A DNA stretch of 45,831 bases from Actinomycetota bacterium (GTDB lineage Bacteria > Actinomycetota > Thermoleophilia > Gaiellales > F1-60-MAGs149), in contig CANJXE010000002.1 in the NCBI GenBank assembly GCA_947478745.1, forward strand, positions 1 through 45,831, given 5' to 3'. Shown piece by piece: positions 28,593-37,409 of this stretch. The notes under the pieces are model-generated. The model saw only the letters and a program-made list of their open reading frames with translations. It did no database searches and was not told where the DNA came from. Position 1 is the first letter of the stretch. Each line of letters starts with the position of its first letter. The position numbers and the translations under genes are program-made.

Positions 28593-30382
28593 GACGGTGC
28601 CTCCGCGTCCTTGGCCTTGGGCTTGGGCGGAATCGGCAGGCCGAGATCGCGCCACTGCAGATCGGTGGCGGGCGACGGGGCGTCGGTCAGAGGATCGAAG
28701 CCGCCGCTGATCTTCGGGAAGGCGATGACGTCGCGGATCGAGTCGGTGCCGGCGAGCAGCATCACGGTGCGATCGATGCCGGGCGCGATGCCGCCGTGCG
28801 GCGGTGCGCCGTAGTGGAGGGCGCGCAGCAGGAAGCCGAAGCGCTCCTCCGCCTCCTCGTCGGAGAACCCGACGGTGCGGAAGATGCGCTCCTGCAGATC
28901 GGGGCGGTTGATACGGATCGAGCCCGAGGCGATCTCGCTGCCGTTGATGACCATGTCGTAGGCCTCCGACAGCACGGAGCCGGGGTCGGACTCGAGCCGG
29001 CTCTCGTCCTCGGCGCGGGGCGCCGTGAACATGTGGTGCTCGGCGACCCAGCGGCCCTCGTCCTCATTCCACCCGAAGAGCGGGAAGTCGACGACGAACA
29101 GCATCGACCAGGCGTTCGGATCGGCGAGCTCGTAGCGCTCGGCGAGGTGCGGGCGCAGAGCGCCGAGCACGCGCACGACCACGGCCTCGGTGTCGGCGGC
29201 CAGGAAGATCGCATCGCCGGGGTTGGCGCCGGTGGCCGCGCGGATCCCAGCCAGCTCGTCCTCGCTGAGGAACTTGGCGATCGGCGAGCGCACGTCGCCC
29301 GACTCCTCGATCAGCAGGTACGCGAGCCCCTTGCCGCCCCACTCCTTGGCGAACTCGGCCAGCTCGTCGAGGTCCTTGCGGCTGAGGGCGGCGGCGCCGG
29401 GGCAGGCCAGCGCGCGGACGCGCCCGCCGCTCTCGACGGCGCCCTTGAAGACGCTGAAGCCGGAGTCGCGCACGAGGTCGGAGACGTCGCTGATCTCGAG
29501 GCCGTAGCGGAGGTCCGGCTTGTCGGAGCCGAAGCGCAGCATCGTCTCGGAGTGCGGGAGCTTCGGGAAGGGCCGCGGCAGATCGACGTCGAGGACCTCC
29601 TTCCAGATCCGGCAGTAGAGCTCCTCCGCCAGATCGAGGATCTCATCGCGCTCCACGAACGACATCTCGAGGTCGAGCTGCGTGAACTCGAGCTGGCGAT
29701 CGGCGCGCTGGGCCTCATCGCGGAAGCAGCGTGCGATCTGGTAGTAGCGCTCGAAGCCGGCCATCATGTACAGCTGCTTGAAGAGCTGGGGCGACTGCGG
29801 CAGTGCGTACACGCTGCCCGGGTGCAGGCGGGCCGGCACGACGAAGTCGCGGGCGCCCTCGGGGGTCGACTTCGTCAGGATCGGGGTCTCGAGATCCCAG
29901 AAGCCGCGCTCCTCGAGGTGCGTGCGGATGATGCGGGTCACCTGCGAGCGGATGCGCAGGTTGCGCTGCATCTCGTCGCGACGCAGGTCGAGCGCGCGAT
30001 GGCGGATGCGCAGCGCCTCGTCGACGTTCTCGTCGTCGAGCTGGAACGGCAGCGGATCGCTCGGCGAGAGCTCGATCAGCTCGTCCACGAGGATCTCGAT
30101 GCCGCCGGTCGGCAGGTTCGGATTGACGGTGCCCTCGGCGCGCGCCACGACGCGACCGCGGGCGTGGATCACGCTCTCGACGCGGATCGACTGCGCGACG
30201 GCGATGGCTGCCGGCGCATGCTCGGGATCGATCACGAGCTGGACCATGCCGCTGCGATCCCGCAGATCGATGAAGACGAGCCCGCCGTGGTCGCGCAGCC
30301 GCGCGGTCCAGCCGGAGGCGTCGACCTCATCGCCGATCTGGGAGTCGTCGAACTCCCCGCAGAGCCTGGTCCTGTACGTCAC
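28589..30382 (-). CDS. aspS: Aspartate--tRNA ligase (bacterial type)
   Basis: It has an OB-fold N-terminus ([21 protein letters not shown]) and the class II motifs [12 protein letters not shown] and [12 protein letters not shown] at 30382 lies 2 nt after the hisS stop. 597 aa. Confidence 0.95.
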   Translation of the reverse strand: MTYRTRLCGEFDDSQIGDEVDASGWTARLRDHGGLVFIDLRDRSGMVQLVIDPEHAPAAIAVAQSIRVESVIHARGRVVARAEGTVNPNLPTGGIEILVDELIELSPSDPLPFQLDDENVDEALRIRHRALDLRRDEMQRNLRIRSQVTRIIRTHLEERGFWDLETPILTKSTPEGARDFVVPARLHPGSVYALPQSPQLFKQLYMMAGFERYYQIARCFRDEAQRADRQLEFTQLDLEMSFVERDEILDLAEELYCRIWKEVLDVDLPRPFPKLPHSETMLRFGSDKPDLRYGLEISDVSDLVRDSGFSVFKGAVESGGRVRALACPGAAALSRKDLDELAEFAKEWGGKGLAYLLIEESGDVRSPIAKFLSEDELAGIRAATGANPGDAIFLAADTEAVVVRVLGALRPHLAERYELADPNAWSMLFVVDFPLFGWNEDEGRWVAEHHMFTAPRAEDESRLESDPGSVLSEAYDMVINGSEIASGSIRINRPDLQERIFRTVGFSDEEAEERFGFLLRALHYGAPPHGGIAPGIDRTVMLLAGTDSIRDVIAFPKISGGFDPLTDAPSPATDLQWRDLGLPIPPKPKAKDAEAPS

Positions 30383-30384
30383 GT

Positions 30385-31653
30385 CTACCCCTTCGCGTTC
30401 ACGAGATGCTCGACCAGCCCGGCGAGCGGGACTTCCACCTGCTGGCCACTGGTCATATCGCGCACGAGGCACACCCGGCGCGTCCATTCATCGTCGCCGC
30501 ACACGACCGTTCGTGCGGCACCGATGCGATCCGCCTGCTTCATCTGGCCCTTGACGCCGCGTCCGGCCAGATCGGCCTCGCACACCACGCCGGCGTCGCG
30601 TGCGACGTCGAGCAGCGCATGCAGCTCGGGGCGGGCGGCCGGGGTGAAGATGGCGAAGAAGGCATCGACCGGGCGGGGCGTGGCGGGCAGGCGCTCCTGC
30701 TCCTCGAGCGCCAGCAGCACGCGCTCGACGCCCGAGGCGAAGCCAACGCCCGGGGTGGCCGGGCCGCCGATCGACTCGGCGAGCCCGTCGTAGCGGCCGC
30801 CACCGCCGATGCCCGACTGGCCCCCCAGCTCGGGCCAGGCGAACTCCCACGTCGTGCGGCAGTAGTAGTCGAGGCCGCGCACCAGCGTGGGATCGACCGT
30901 GTACTCGACGCCGCGAGCGTCGAGGAAGGCGCGGACGGCCGCGAAGTGCTCGGTGGCCGCCTCGCTGACGTGGTCGGCGATCTTCGGCGCGTTGGCCATC
31001 ACGGCCTGGGACGGCGGGTGCTTGGTGTCGAAGGCGCGCAGCGGGTTGACATCGCGCTGTCGGCGGATCTCGTCGTCCACGGCATCGAGGTGCGCATCGA
31101 GGTAGTCGCGCAGCAGCGCCAGGTAGGGCTCGCGGTCGCCCTGGTCGCCGATCGTGTTGATGCGCAGCTCGACGCCTTCGAGGCCGAGCGCGCGGTACCA
31201 GCGCAGCTGGAGGGCGATCAGGTCGGCATCGACGGCGGGATCGTCGGAGCCGATTGCCTCCGCGTCGACCTGCGTGAACTCGCGGTAGCGTCCGCGCTGG
31301 ACGGCGGCGTACCGGTAGCAGGAGCCGGCGCACCAGAGTCGAACCGGCTGCGCCTCGCGCGACAGGCCGTTGCCGAGGTACAGCCGCATCAGCGAGGCGG
31401 TGAACTCCGGGCGCAGGGCCAGCATCCGCTCGCCCTGATCCTCGAACAGGTACATCTCCTTGCCCACGACCTCCGAACTCTCGCCCGCCGTGCGCGAGAA
31501 CAGCGCCTTCTCCTCGAAGACGGGCGTCGCGGCCTCGGCGTAGCCAGCGCCGATGCAGAGCTCGCGGAAGCGCTCGATCATGGCGTGGCGCGCGGCCTGC
31601 CGGGCGGGCAGCCAGTCGAGCGTGCCGCGGGGCGCGTTGAAGTCGTCGCTCAT
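30385..31653 (-). CDS. hisS: Histidine--tRNA ligase
   Basis: PRGTLDWLP, LALRPEFTASLMRLY, YRYAAVQRGRYREFTQ and GGGRYDGL are present. 422 aa. The ATG at 31653 overlaps the upstream stop (ATGA). Confidence 0.95.
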   Translation of the reverse strand: MSDDFNAPRGTLDWLPARQAARHAMIERFRELCIGAGYAEAATPVFEEKALFSRTAGESSEVVGKEMYLFEDQGERMLALRPEFTASLMRLYLGNGLSREAQPVRLWCAGSCYRYAAVQRGRYREFTQVDAEAIGSDDPAVDADLIALQLRWYRALGLEGVELRINTIGDQGDREPYLALLRDYLDAHLDAVDDEIRRQRDVNPLRAFDTKHPPSQAVMANAPKIADHVSEAATEHFAAVRAFLDARGVEYTVDPTLVRGLDYYCRTTWEFAWPELGGQSGIGGGGRYDGLAESIGGPATPGVGFASGVERVLLALEEQERLPATPRPVDAFFAIFTPAARPELHALLDVARDAGVVCEADLAGRGVKGQMKQADRIGAARTVVCGDDEWTRRVCLVRDMTSGQQVEVPLAGLVEHLVNAKG

Positions 31654-32300
31654 GCGCGCAGTCCCGCGAGGAAGGGGTTGGTGGCGAGCTCGTGGCGGAG
31701 CGTCGTGACCGGGCCATGGCCCGGCAGCACCGGCGTGTCCAGCTCGACCTCGCGCAGCAGGAGGCCGATGGACTGCTCGAGCACGCCCCAGTCGCCGCCC
31801 TCGAGGTCGGTGCGTCCGACGGAGCCGGCGAACAGGACGTCGCCGGCCGCCAGCACCTGCGAGCCGTCAGGTCCCGTCAGCAGGAGCGACACCGCGTGCG
31901 GGTAGTGGCCGGGGGTCGCGAAGACGTCGATGCGGATGCCCGCGAGCTCGAGGGATGTCCCGGGCTCGAGCAGACCCTCCGGCGCATGCTCGATGTAGGG
32001 ACCGAAGCCGGGCCAGAGGTGATCGTTGATGTGGGCGAGCACCTCTCGATCTCCAGCGCTGGTATACACTGAGCACGTCGCTTCTCCGGCGACGGCGCCG
32101 ACCGCGCCGATGTGATCGAGGTGCCCGTGGGTCACGAGGACCGCTGTGCACCGCAGCCCCGAATCGGCCAGCGCGGCAATGACGCGTTCCGGCTCTTCAC
32201 CGGGATCGATGACGACGCAGTCGGCCGAATCGTCGGGGTGGACGATGTAGCAGTTCGTCCCGTAGGGCCCGAGCGAGAGTGATGTGGCCTGCAGGGGAAT
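31650..32300 (-). CDS. MBL-fold metallo-hydrolase (glyoxalase II-like); start codon uncertain, proposed ATT
   Basis: VTHGHLDHIG (the HxHxDH motif), TPGHYPH and LPGHG are present. The open frame continues upstream of the first canonical start (GTG at 32135) through LSLGPYGTNCYIVHPDDSADCVVIDPGEEPERVIAALADSGLRCTAVL. That stretch is the conserved first part of the fold. It contains no in-frame ATG, GTG or TTG. ATT at 32300-32298 lies 7 nt downstream of GGAG (32311-32308). Confidence 0.75.
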   Translation of the reverse strand: MPLQATSLSLGPYGTNCYIVHPDDSADCVVIDPGEEPERVIAALADSGLRCTAVLVTHGHLDHIGAVGAVAGEATCSVYTSAGDREVLAHINDHLWPGFGPYIEHAPEGLLEPGTSLELAGIRIDVFATPGHYPHAVSLLLTGPDGSQVLAAGDVLFAGSVGRTDLEGGDWGVLEQSIGLLLREVELDTPVLPGHGPVTTLRHELATNPFLAGLRA

Positions 32301-32398
32301 AGGGTGTCTCCGTCGTACGTTAGGTCTGGAGCGCCTGAGCGCTTTTGAGAGTCTACCGGCGCAGTGCGCCGAACCCAGCCGAAAGGGTCGCGAATCCG

Positions 32399-33472
32399 AT
32401 GATCGTCGAGCAGCCGAGTGAGGTCCAAGAGCTTCCCGAGTACCAGCGTCTGATCGAGCTGGGCAATGAGCGGGGAACGCTCGCGTTCGGCGAGATCGTC
32501 GAGGCGCTGGCCGAGCACGAGCTCGAGCCCGACGCGATGGATGCCGTCAAGGGCATGATCGAGGCCGAGGGCATCGAGATCATCGAGGACAACGATCGTC
32601 CTGCTGAGCCGACCGCGCTCGAGCGCCGGCTCGCCTACGAGGGCACCACCGATTCCCTGCAGCTCTTCCTCCACGAGGTCGGCCGCTATCCCCTCCTGAC
32701 GAAGGCTGACGAGATCCGTCTCGCCAAGCGCGTCGAGAAGGGCGACATGCAGGCGAAGCAGCAGATGGTCGAGTCGAACCTGCGGCTCGTCGTGTCGATC
32801 GCGAAGAACTACCGCGGCCAGGGCCTCGGCTTCCTGGATCTGATCCAGGAGGGCATCCTCGGCCTGATCCGCGCCGTCGAGAAGTTCGATTGGCGCCGCG
32901 ACCTCAAGTTCTCGACGTACGCCACCTGGTGGATCCGTCAGGCCGTCGCCCGTGCGCTGGCCGACAAGAGCCGCACCATCCGCCTGCCCGTGCACGTGGT
33001 GGAGCGCCTCCAGAAGATCAACCGCGCGGAGCGCACCTTGATGCTGCGCCTCGGCCGCGAGCCCTCCAACGAGGAGATCGCCGACGAGGCGAAGCTCCCG
33101 CTGTACCAGGTGCTCGACGTCCGCAAGGCCGCCCGCTCGCCCATCTCCCTCGAGGAGCCCGTGGGCGACGAGGGCGAGTCCAGCTTCTCCGACTTCCTCG
33201 CCGATTCCGAGGCCGTCGATCCGATGGACGCCGTCTCCGATCAGCTGCGCCACGAGGCCCTGCAGGAGGGGCTGAGCGCGCTGCCGGAGCGTCATCGCCG
33301 CGTCCTCGAGCTGCGCTACGGGCTCGACGGGCTCGATCCGCGCACGCTCGACGAGATCGGTCGCGAGTTCGGCCTGACGCGCGAGCGCATCCGGCAGATC
33401 GAGGTCGAGGCGCTGCGCGAGCTCGCCGCGATCCGCGAGATCCAGGGCCTCCGGGCCGTTCCGGGGGCCTAG
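32399..33472 (+). CDS. RNA polymerase sigma-70 family factor, RpoD/SigA-like (group 1 or 2)
   Basis: Region 1.2 is [30 protein letters not shown]. Region 2 is [57 protein letters not shown]. Region 3 is [14 protein letters not shown]. Region 4.2 is [20 protein letters not shown] chose ATG at 32399; a TTG at 32345 would add 18 aa. Confidence 0.9.
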   Translation: MIVEQPSEVQELPEYQRLIELGNERGTLAFGEIVEALAEHELEPDAMDAVKGMIEAEGIEIIEDNDRPAEPTALERRLAYEGTTDSLQLFLHEVGRYPLLTKADEIRLAKRVEKGDMQAKQQMVESNLRLVVSIAKNYRGQGLGFLDLIQEGILGLIRAVEKFDWRRDLKFSTYATWWIRQAVARALADKSRTIRLPVHVVERLQKINRAERTLMLRLGREPSNEEIADEAKLPLYQVLDVRKAARSPISLEEPVGDEGESSFSDFLADSEAVDPMDAVSDQLRHEALQEGLSALPERHRRVLELRYGLDGLDPRTLDEIGREFGLTRERIRQIEVEALRELAAIREIQGLRAVPGA

Positions 33473-33498
33473 CGCCCACGGAAGGTTCCGATCCGCAG

Positions 33499-33572
33499 CG
33501 GGACGTGGCGCAGCCTGGTAGCGCACGCGCTTTGGGAGCGCGGGGTCGTCAGTTCGAATCTGACCGTCCCGA
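33499..33572 (+). tRNA. tRNA-Pro (anticodon TGG)
   Basis: Hand-folded cloverleaf. Acceptor CGGGACG (33499-33505) pairs perfectly with CGTCCCG (33565-33571). D arm GCGC/GCGC. Anticodon stem CGCGC/GCGCG with loop TTTGGGA (TGG at 33533-33535). T arm GTCAG-TTCGAAT-CTGAC. Discriminator A at 33572. Confidence 0.92.
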
Positions 33573-33597
33573 TTCTGCCGATCGGACCCTCTTCACC

Positions 33598-33978
33598 CTG
33601 GCCGGCGGCCTGCCGGCCCTTGAACGGCTGACTGAGCGCTTCTACGAGCGCGTCTTCGCCGACCCCGTGCTGCTACCGCTGTTCCGTGATCCCGGCGAGC
33701 AGCACGCCGAGCGTCTGACCCTGTGGCTGGCCGAGCTGCTGGGCGGTCCCAAGCTGCACACGCAGGAGCGCGGTGGCTTCGAGGTGATGCGCGCGGCGCA
33801 CCACGGCCTGAAGATCACCGGCGAGCAGCGCAAGGCCTGGGCGGACCACATGCATGTGGCCGCCGAGGAGGTCGGGCTGAGCGAGGAGTTCAGACGGGCG
33901 TTCATGCCCTTCATCGAGGGCGGCAGCACCTTCTGCCAGCGCGTGTCGTGGCCGCGGGATCAGCGCTGGGCGCGCTGA
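33598..33978 (+). CDS. Truncated hemoglobin / bacterial-like globin family protein; start codon uncertain
   Basis: LAGGLPALERLTERFYERVFADPVLLPLF...LWLAELLGGPKLHTQERGGFEVMRAAHHGLKITGEQRKAWADHM aligns by eye with group II truncated hemoglobins (M. tuberculosis GlbO pattern GG...FY..V..D..L...F, GGP..Y...RG, H....I....R.AW). The frame is open right from the tRNA-Pro 3' end. The first canonical start is GTG at 33667, inside the conserved region. CTG at 33598 is used here as a placeholder start. Confidence 0.7.
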   Translation: MAGGLPALERLTERFYERVFADPVLLPLFRDPGEQHAERLTLWLAELLGGPKLHTQERGGFEVMRAAHHGLKITGEQRKAWADHMHVAAEEVGLSEEFRRAFMPFIEGGSTFCQRVSWPRDQRWAR

Positions 33979-34019
33979 ACAGCGCAGACGGCGCCCCCTC
34001 CGGCGCCGTCCAGAACCGT

Positions 34020-35768
34020 TTGGACCCACGTGCGGCGGCGCGACGCGCCCGGTGGTGGATCGAGGGGTCCCTGCTGGCGATCGCTGTCGTGCTCGGCGCG
34101 ATGCTGTCCGATCTCGTCGCCGACCCCGATGCGCTCGTCAGCCCGCTCGCACTGCCCCTCGCCATCGGCACTGCCGTCCTCGCCTTGCGGGGACGCGCGC
34201 TGTGGCCGGCGTTCCTGCTTGCCGATGTCGTCGCGTTGGTCATGGCCGATCAGTCGCCGTTGGCGATCGCGCTGGCCGTCGTCCTTCGGCTGGGAGTGCT
34301 GCTGGTCGGCGCCACGCTGCTCCAGCGTCAGGTCCTCCGACTGGTCGACCTGGCGACGGTCACGCGCTACCTGCTCTGCGTGGTCGTGCTGGCGGCGCTG
34401 GGTGCGGGCATCGACCTCGCCGTGCTCGCAATCGGTGGGCCCCCGGCGGCCGCGATCGATCGAGTCGGGGCCGCGTTGACGCTGCTGCTCGGCGCTGCCG
34501 CTGGGTACCTCGTCGTGGGTGCGCTGATGCTCGCGTGGGCGCGGCCGGGCTGGCGTCGTGAGCTGCTGCGCCCCGGGCCGCTGGTCGGCCTCGCGGTGGT
34601 GATCATCGCCGTGGCCGTCGGAGTCCCGGTCGCGGCACCTGCGGTCGCGGTGACGGCCTTCGTGCTGGCGGGCCTCATGGCAATGCGCTTCGGCGTGCGC
34701 TGGGGCACCGCGGCGACCGCGGTCGTCCTGCTGGGCTCGCTGATCGCCTACGGGCGCGGCGTGGCGCATTTCGGCGGGGCCACGCCTGCGGCGCAGTCCT
34801 TCAACGTGGCGTTGGGCGTGGCGATCCTCGCCGGTGGCGCACTGCTCCTCGGCGGGTATCACGAGGGCGTCGGCGATGCCAGCCTGCGCAGAGGTCGGGT
34901 CACGCTGGTGGTTGCCACCTTGATGATCGCCTGTGGGGTCACCGCGTTCGCCTCGAACAGGATCGATCTGGAGCGCGGCTTTCCCTTTGCCACCGCCGCG
35001 CTGTTCTTCCTCGCGGGTGCGGTGGCGCTCGGGATGGTCCGAGGTGCGCGTCGACCGACGCGCGCCAGCGGGCGCCGGGGGATCAGTATCGCGCTGGTGT
35101 CGGGCGGGCTGTCCATGGTCGCGCTCGCGCTCTTCTACGCAGCACTCCCCCGCCTCGGCGTTGGTGCTGCAACGGGGCTGGCGATGACGACGCCCGTCTT
35201 CGTCGTCGTGCTCGTCGCCGTCGCGTCGCGGCGCCTACCGGCCCGGTTGTCGATCGCAGGGTCCGCCGTCATCGTCGGCGGCGCGGTGACCATCGTGGTC
35301 GCTGCGGGCAACGGGGAACCGGTTGGGATCCTGCTCGCGGTTGGCAGCGCCGTGGTGTTCGCGCTCTTCGTCAGTGCCCTGGACGTGGCGCTGCGGGCAG
35401 CGAGCACGGTGGACGTCGCCTTGGCCGCCTCTACGGCGGCGGCTGTCTGCGGGGTGGTCGTCGCGCTGGTCGTCGAGGGCCCGAACGCGCTGCTCCTCTC
35501 GCCCGCGGGACTCGGAGCCATCGCGTTGGGAGGCATCGGTGGGGGCGCCATCCCCACGCTGGCGCGCACCTGGTCGCTGCCGCAGATCGGGGCCCCGGCG
35601 GTCGGTGCCCTTGGCGTGCTCGAGCCGATCACCACCATCGCGATCTCGCTGGTGCTCCTCGGTACGGGCAGGAGCGCGCTCCAGTTGCTCGGGATCTGCC
35701 TGATCGCGGTCGGTGCGGTGGCCTCGGCGCTGGCGCCGCTCGATGGCGCACGTCGCACGCGCCTCTAG
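34020..35768 (+). CDS. Large polytopic membrane protein: unassigned N-terminal half of about 290 aa fused to an EamA/DMT-type transporter half
   Basis: The C-terminal ~290 aa show two EamA-like repeats (LFYAALPRLGVGAATGLAMTTPVFVVVLVAV...GSAVIVGGAV and GAPAVGALGVLEPITTIAISLVLLGTGRSALQLLGICLIAVGAV). The N-terminal half has about 8 further hydrophobic helices. A TTG at 34020 is the first start after the globin stop. The ORF-track start at 33723 overlaps the globin gene. Confidence 0.55.
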   Translation: MDPRAAARRARWWIEGSLLAIAVVLGAMLSDLVADPDALVSPLALPLAIGTAVLALRGRALWPAFLLADVVALVMADQSPLAIALAVVLRLGVLLVGATLLQRQVLRLVDLATVTRYLLCVVVLAALGAGIDLAVLAIGGPPAAAIDRVGAALTLLLGAAAGYLVVGALMLAWARPGWRRELLRPGPLVGLAVVIIAVAVGVPVAAPAVAVTAFVLAGLMAMRFGVRWGTAATAVVLLGSLIAYGRGVAHFGGATPAAQSFNVALGVAILAGGALLLGGYHEGVGDASLRRGRVTLVVATLMIACGVTAFASNRIDLERGFPFATAALFFLAGAVALGMVRGARRPTRASGRRGISIALVSGGLSMVALALFYAALPRLGVGAATGLAMTTPVFVVVLVAVASRRLPARLSIAGSAVIVGGAVTIVVAAGNGEPVGILLAVGSAVVFALFVSALDVALRAASTVDVALAASTAAAVCGVVVALVVEGPNALLLSPAGLGAIALGGIGGGAIPTLARTWSLPQIGAPAVGALGVLEPITTIAISLVLLGTGRSALQLLGICLIAVGAVASALAPLDGARRTRL

Positions 35769-36460
35769 GAGGCGGCGATCGGCGGCAGGCGACCGGGTTG
35801 GCGGCCCACCCGGTTGGCCCACTCCATCCCGCCGCCGAGGATCAGCAGCCCCACCATCTGACCGAGGTACAGCGTCTCCTGTCCGCCGAAGCGCGTCAGC
35901 GTGCCTGCCAAGGCGATCGCGATCACGCCCGCCAGGATCGCGGCGTTCGGCCCGGTGCGCACGCGGCGCACGAGCGAGAGGAGCGCGCCGGCGATCAGCA
36001 GGAGCGTGCCGACGCTGTTCATCCCGATCGCCCAGATCGCTGCGTGGCCGGCGATGGCGCTGTTCGGCGGCGCCTGCAGCCCGGTCAGATCGGCGAAGGC
36101 CGCGGTATCGACGGGGGCGATCAGGACGGTCACCGTGGCACCGATGACGGCCGTCGCGGTCATCCCGAAGAGGATCAGCGCCACGGACCGCGGCAGGGCG
36201 AGAAAGGCGCTGCCCGCGCCGAGCACGGCCACGCACAGGCAGGCGCCCGTCAGGTAGTAGATCCGGAAGGAGATGTTCCCCCAGCCGTCCGCGGTGCCGT
36301 AGGCGGCGGCGGCGCTGGCCGCGGCGAAGAGCAGCAGCCCGAGGGCCCAGAGCGGCTTGGACGGTGCGAAGCTGCGCGTCGCGCTGCCCGCCATGCGGGC
36401 CGCCAGCGCACCGGCGATCAACGCCGTCACGAGCGGCAGGATGGCGGAGTCGGCGAGCAC
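35765..36460 (-). CDS. Hypothetical polytopic membrane protein (about 6-7 TM)
   Basis: Only the C-terminal 231 codons of ORF 35765-36943 are hydrophobic and helix-rich with good GC3. The upstream 161 codons are Ser/Arg/Pro-rich and antisense to the EamA gene. GTG at 36460 or ATG at 36394 are possible starts. No family is recognised. Confidence 0.5.
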   Translation of the reverse strand: MLADSAILPLVTALIAGALAARMAGSATRSFAPSKPLWALGLLLFAAASAAAAYGTADGWGNISFRIYYLTGACLCVAVLGAGSAFLALPRSVALILFGMTATAVIGATVTVLIAPVDTAAFADLTGLQAPPNSAIAGHAAIWAIGMNSVGTLLLIAGALLSLVRRVRTGPNAAILAGVIAIALAGTLTRFGGQETLYLGQMVGLLILGGGMEWANRVGRQPGRLPPIAAS

Positions 36461-36479
36461 TGCCCGTAGGCTACCGGCG

Positions 36480-37406
36480 ATGCGCGCCTCGCGAATGCTG
36501 ACCGGCACGCTGATGGTGGTCGGGGCCGTGACGCTCTGGGGCGTCAACGGCACCGCCTCTCGCGTCGTGATGGATGCGGGCGTCGAGCCGGCGCGGCTCG
36601 CCGAGATCCGCATCTCGGCCTCCGCGCTCCTGCTGATCCTCTGGCTGCTCTGGCGCGACCGTCCGGCGCTGCGGCTCGGGCGCCGCGAGGTGCTGCCGTT
36701 CCTCGCCTTCGGCGGCATCGGACTGGTCTGCGTGCAGTGGACGTACTTCGAGGCGATCGACCGGGTACCGATCGGGATCGCGCTGATCATCGAGTACTCC
36801 GCCCCGCTGCTGGTCGCGCTGTGGGTGCGCTTCGTCTGGAAGCGGCAGCTGCCACTGGTGGCGTGGTGCGCCATCCCCGTCGCCCTTGCCGGGCTCGCGC
36901 TCGTGCTCGGCATCGGCGGGGGCCAGCTGGCGGGCCTCTCCACCGCCGGCCTGCTCTGGAGCCTCGCCGCGGGCGTCGCCTACGCGTATTACGTGCTGCA
37001 CGCCGAGAGCCTGACGCGCCGCCGCTCGGCACCGGCGGTGCTCGGCATCGGGCTCGCCTTCGGCGCGGTGGTGCTCTCGATCGTGATGCCCTGGTGGTCG
37101 TACCCGTGGGCCGCGCTGGGCGAGACCGCCGCCTCCGCCCCACTCGACGCACCGGCCTGGCTGTACTGCATCTACGTCGTCGTGCTGGGCACGGTGATCC
37201 CGTTCGCGCTGATGCTCGCCGGCGTGCACCGCATCGGCGCCGACGGCGCGTCGGTGACCGCCATGCTGGAGCCGATCCTGGCGGGCGCCGTGGCCTGGGT
37301 GGCGCTCGGCCAGGTGCTCAGCACCGAGCAGGTGCTCGGCGGCGCGATCGTGCTGGCAGCGGTGACCGCGGCTCAGGTCAGCCGGGCCCGCGCTGCCAGC
37401 AGCTGA
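36480..37406 (+). CDS. EamA/DMT-family transporter
   Basis: The protein has ten TM segments with duplicated EamA repeats (GVNGTASRVVMDAG..., IIEYSAPLLVALW..., LEPILAGAVAWVALGQVLSTEQVLGGAIVLAAV). ATG at 36480 (MRASRMLTG...). Confidence 0.8.
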   Translation: MRASRMLTGTLMVVGAVTLWGVNGTASRVVMDAGVEPARLAEIRISASALLLILWLLWRDRPALRLGRREVLPFLAFGGIGLVCVQWTYFEAIDRVPIGIALIIEYSAPLLVALWVRFVWKRQLPLVAWCAIPVALAGLALVLGIGGGQLAGLSTAGLLWSLAAGVAYAYYVLHAESLTRRRSAPAVLGIGLAFGAVVLSIVMPWWSYPWAALGETAASAPLDAPAWLYCIYVVVLGTVIPFALMLAGVHRIGADGASVTAMLEPILAGAVAWVALGQVLSTEQVLGGAIVLAAVTAAQVSRARAASS

Positions 37407-37409
37407 TCG

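Noticed and set aside
33723-34019. GTG at 33723 as the start of the large membrane protein (as given by the ORF track).
   Set aside because: This 99-codon extension overlaps the globin gene in another frame and is Arg/Ala/Gly-rich with no hydrophobic segment. The first start after the globin stop (TTG 34020) precedes the first TM helix.
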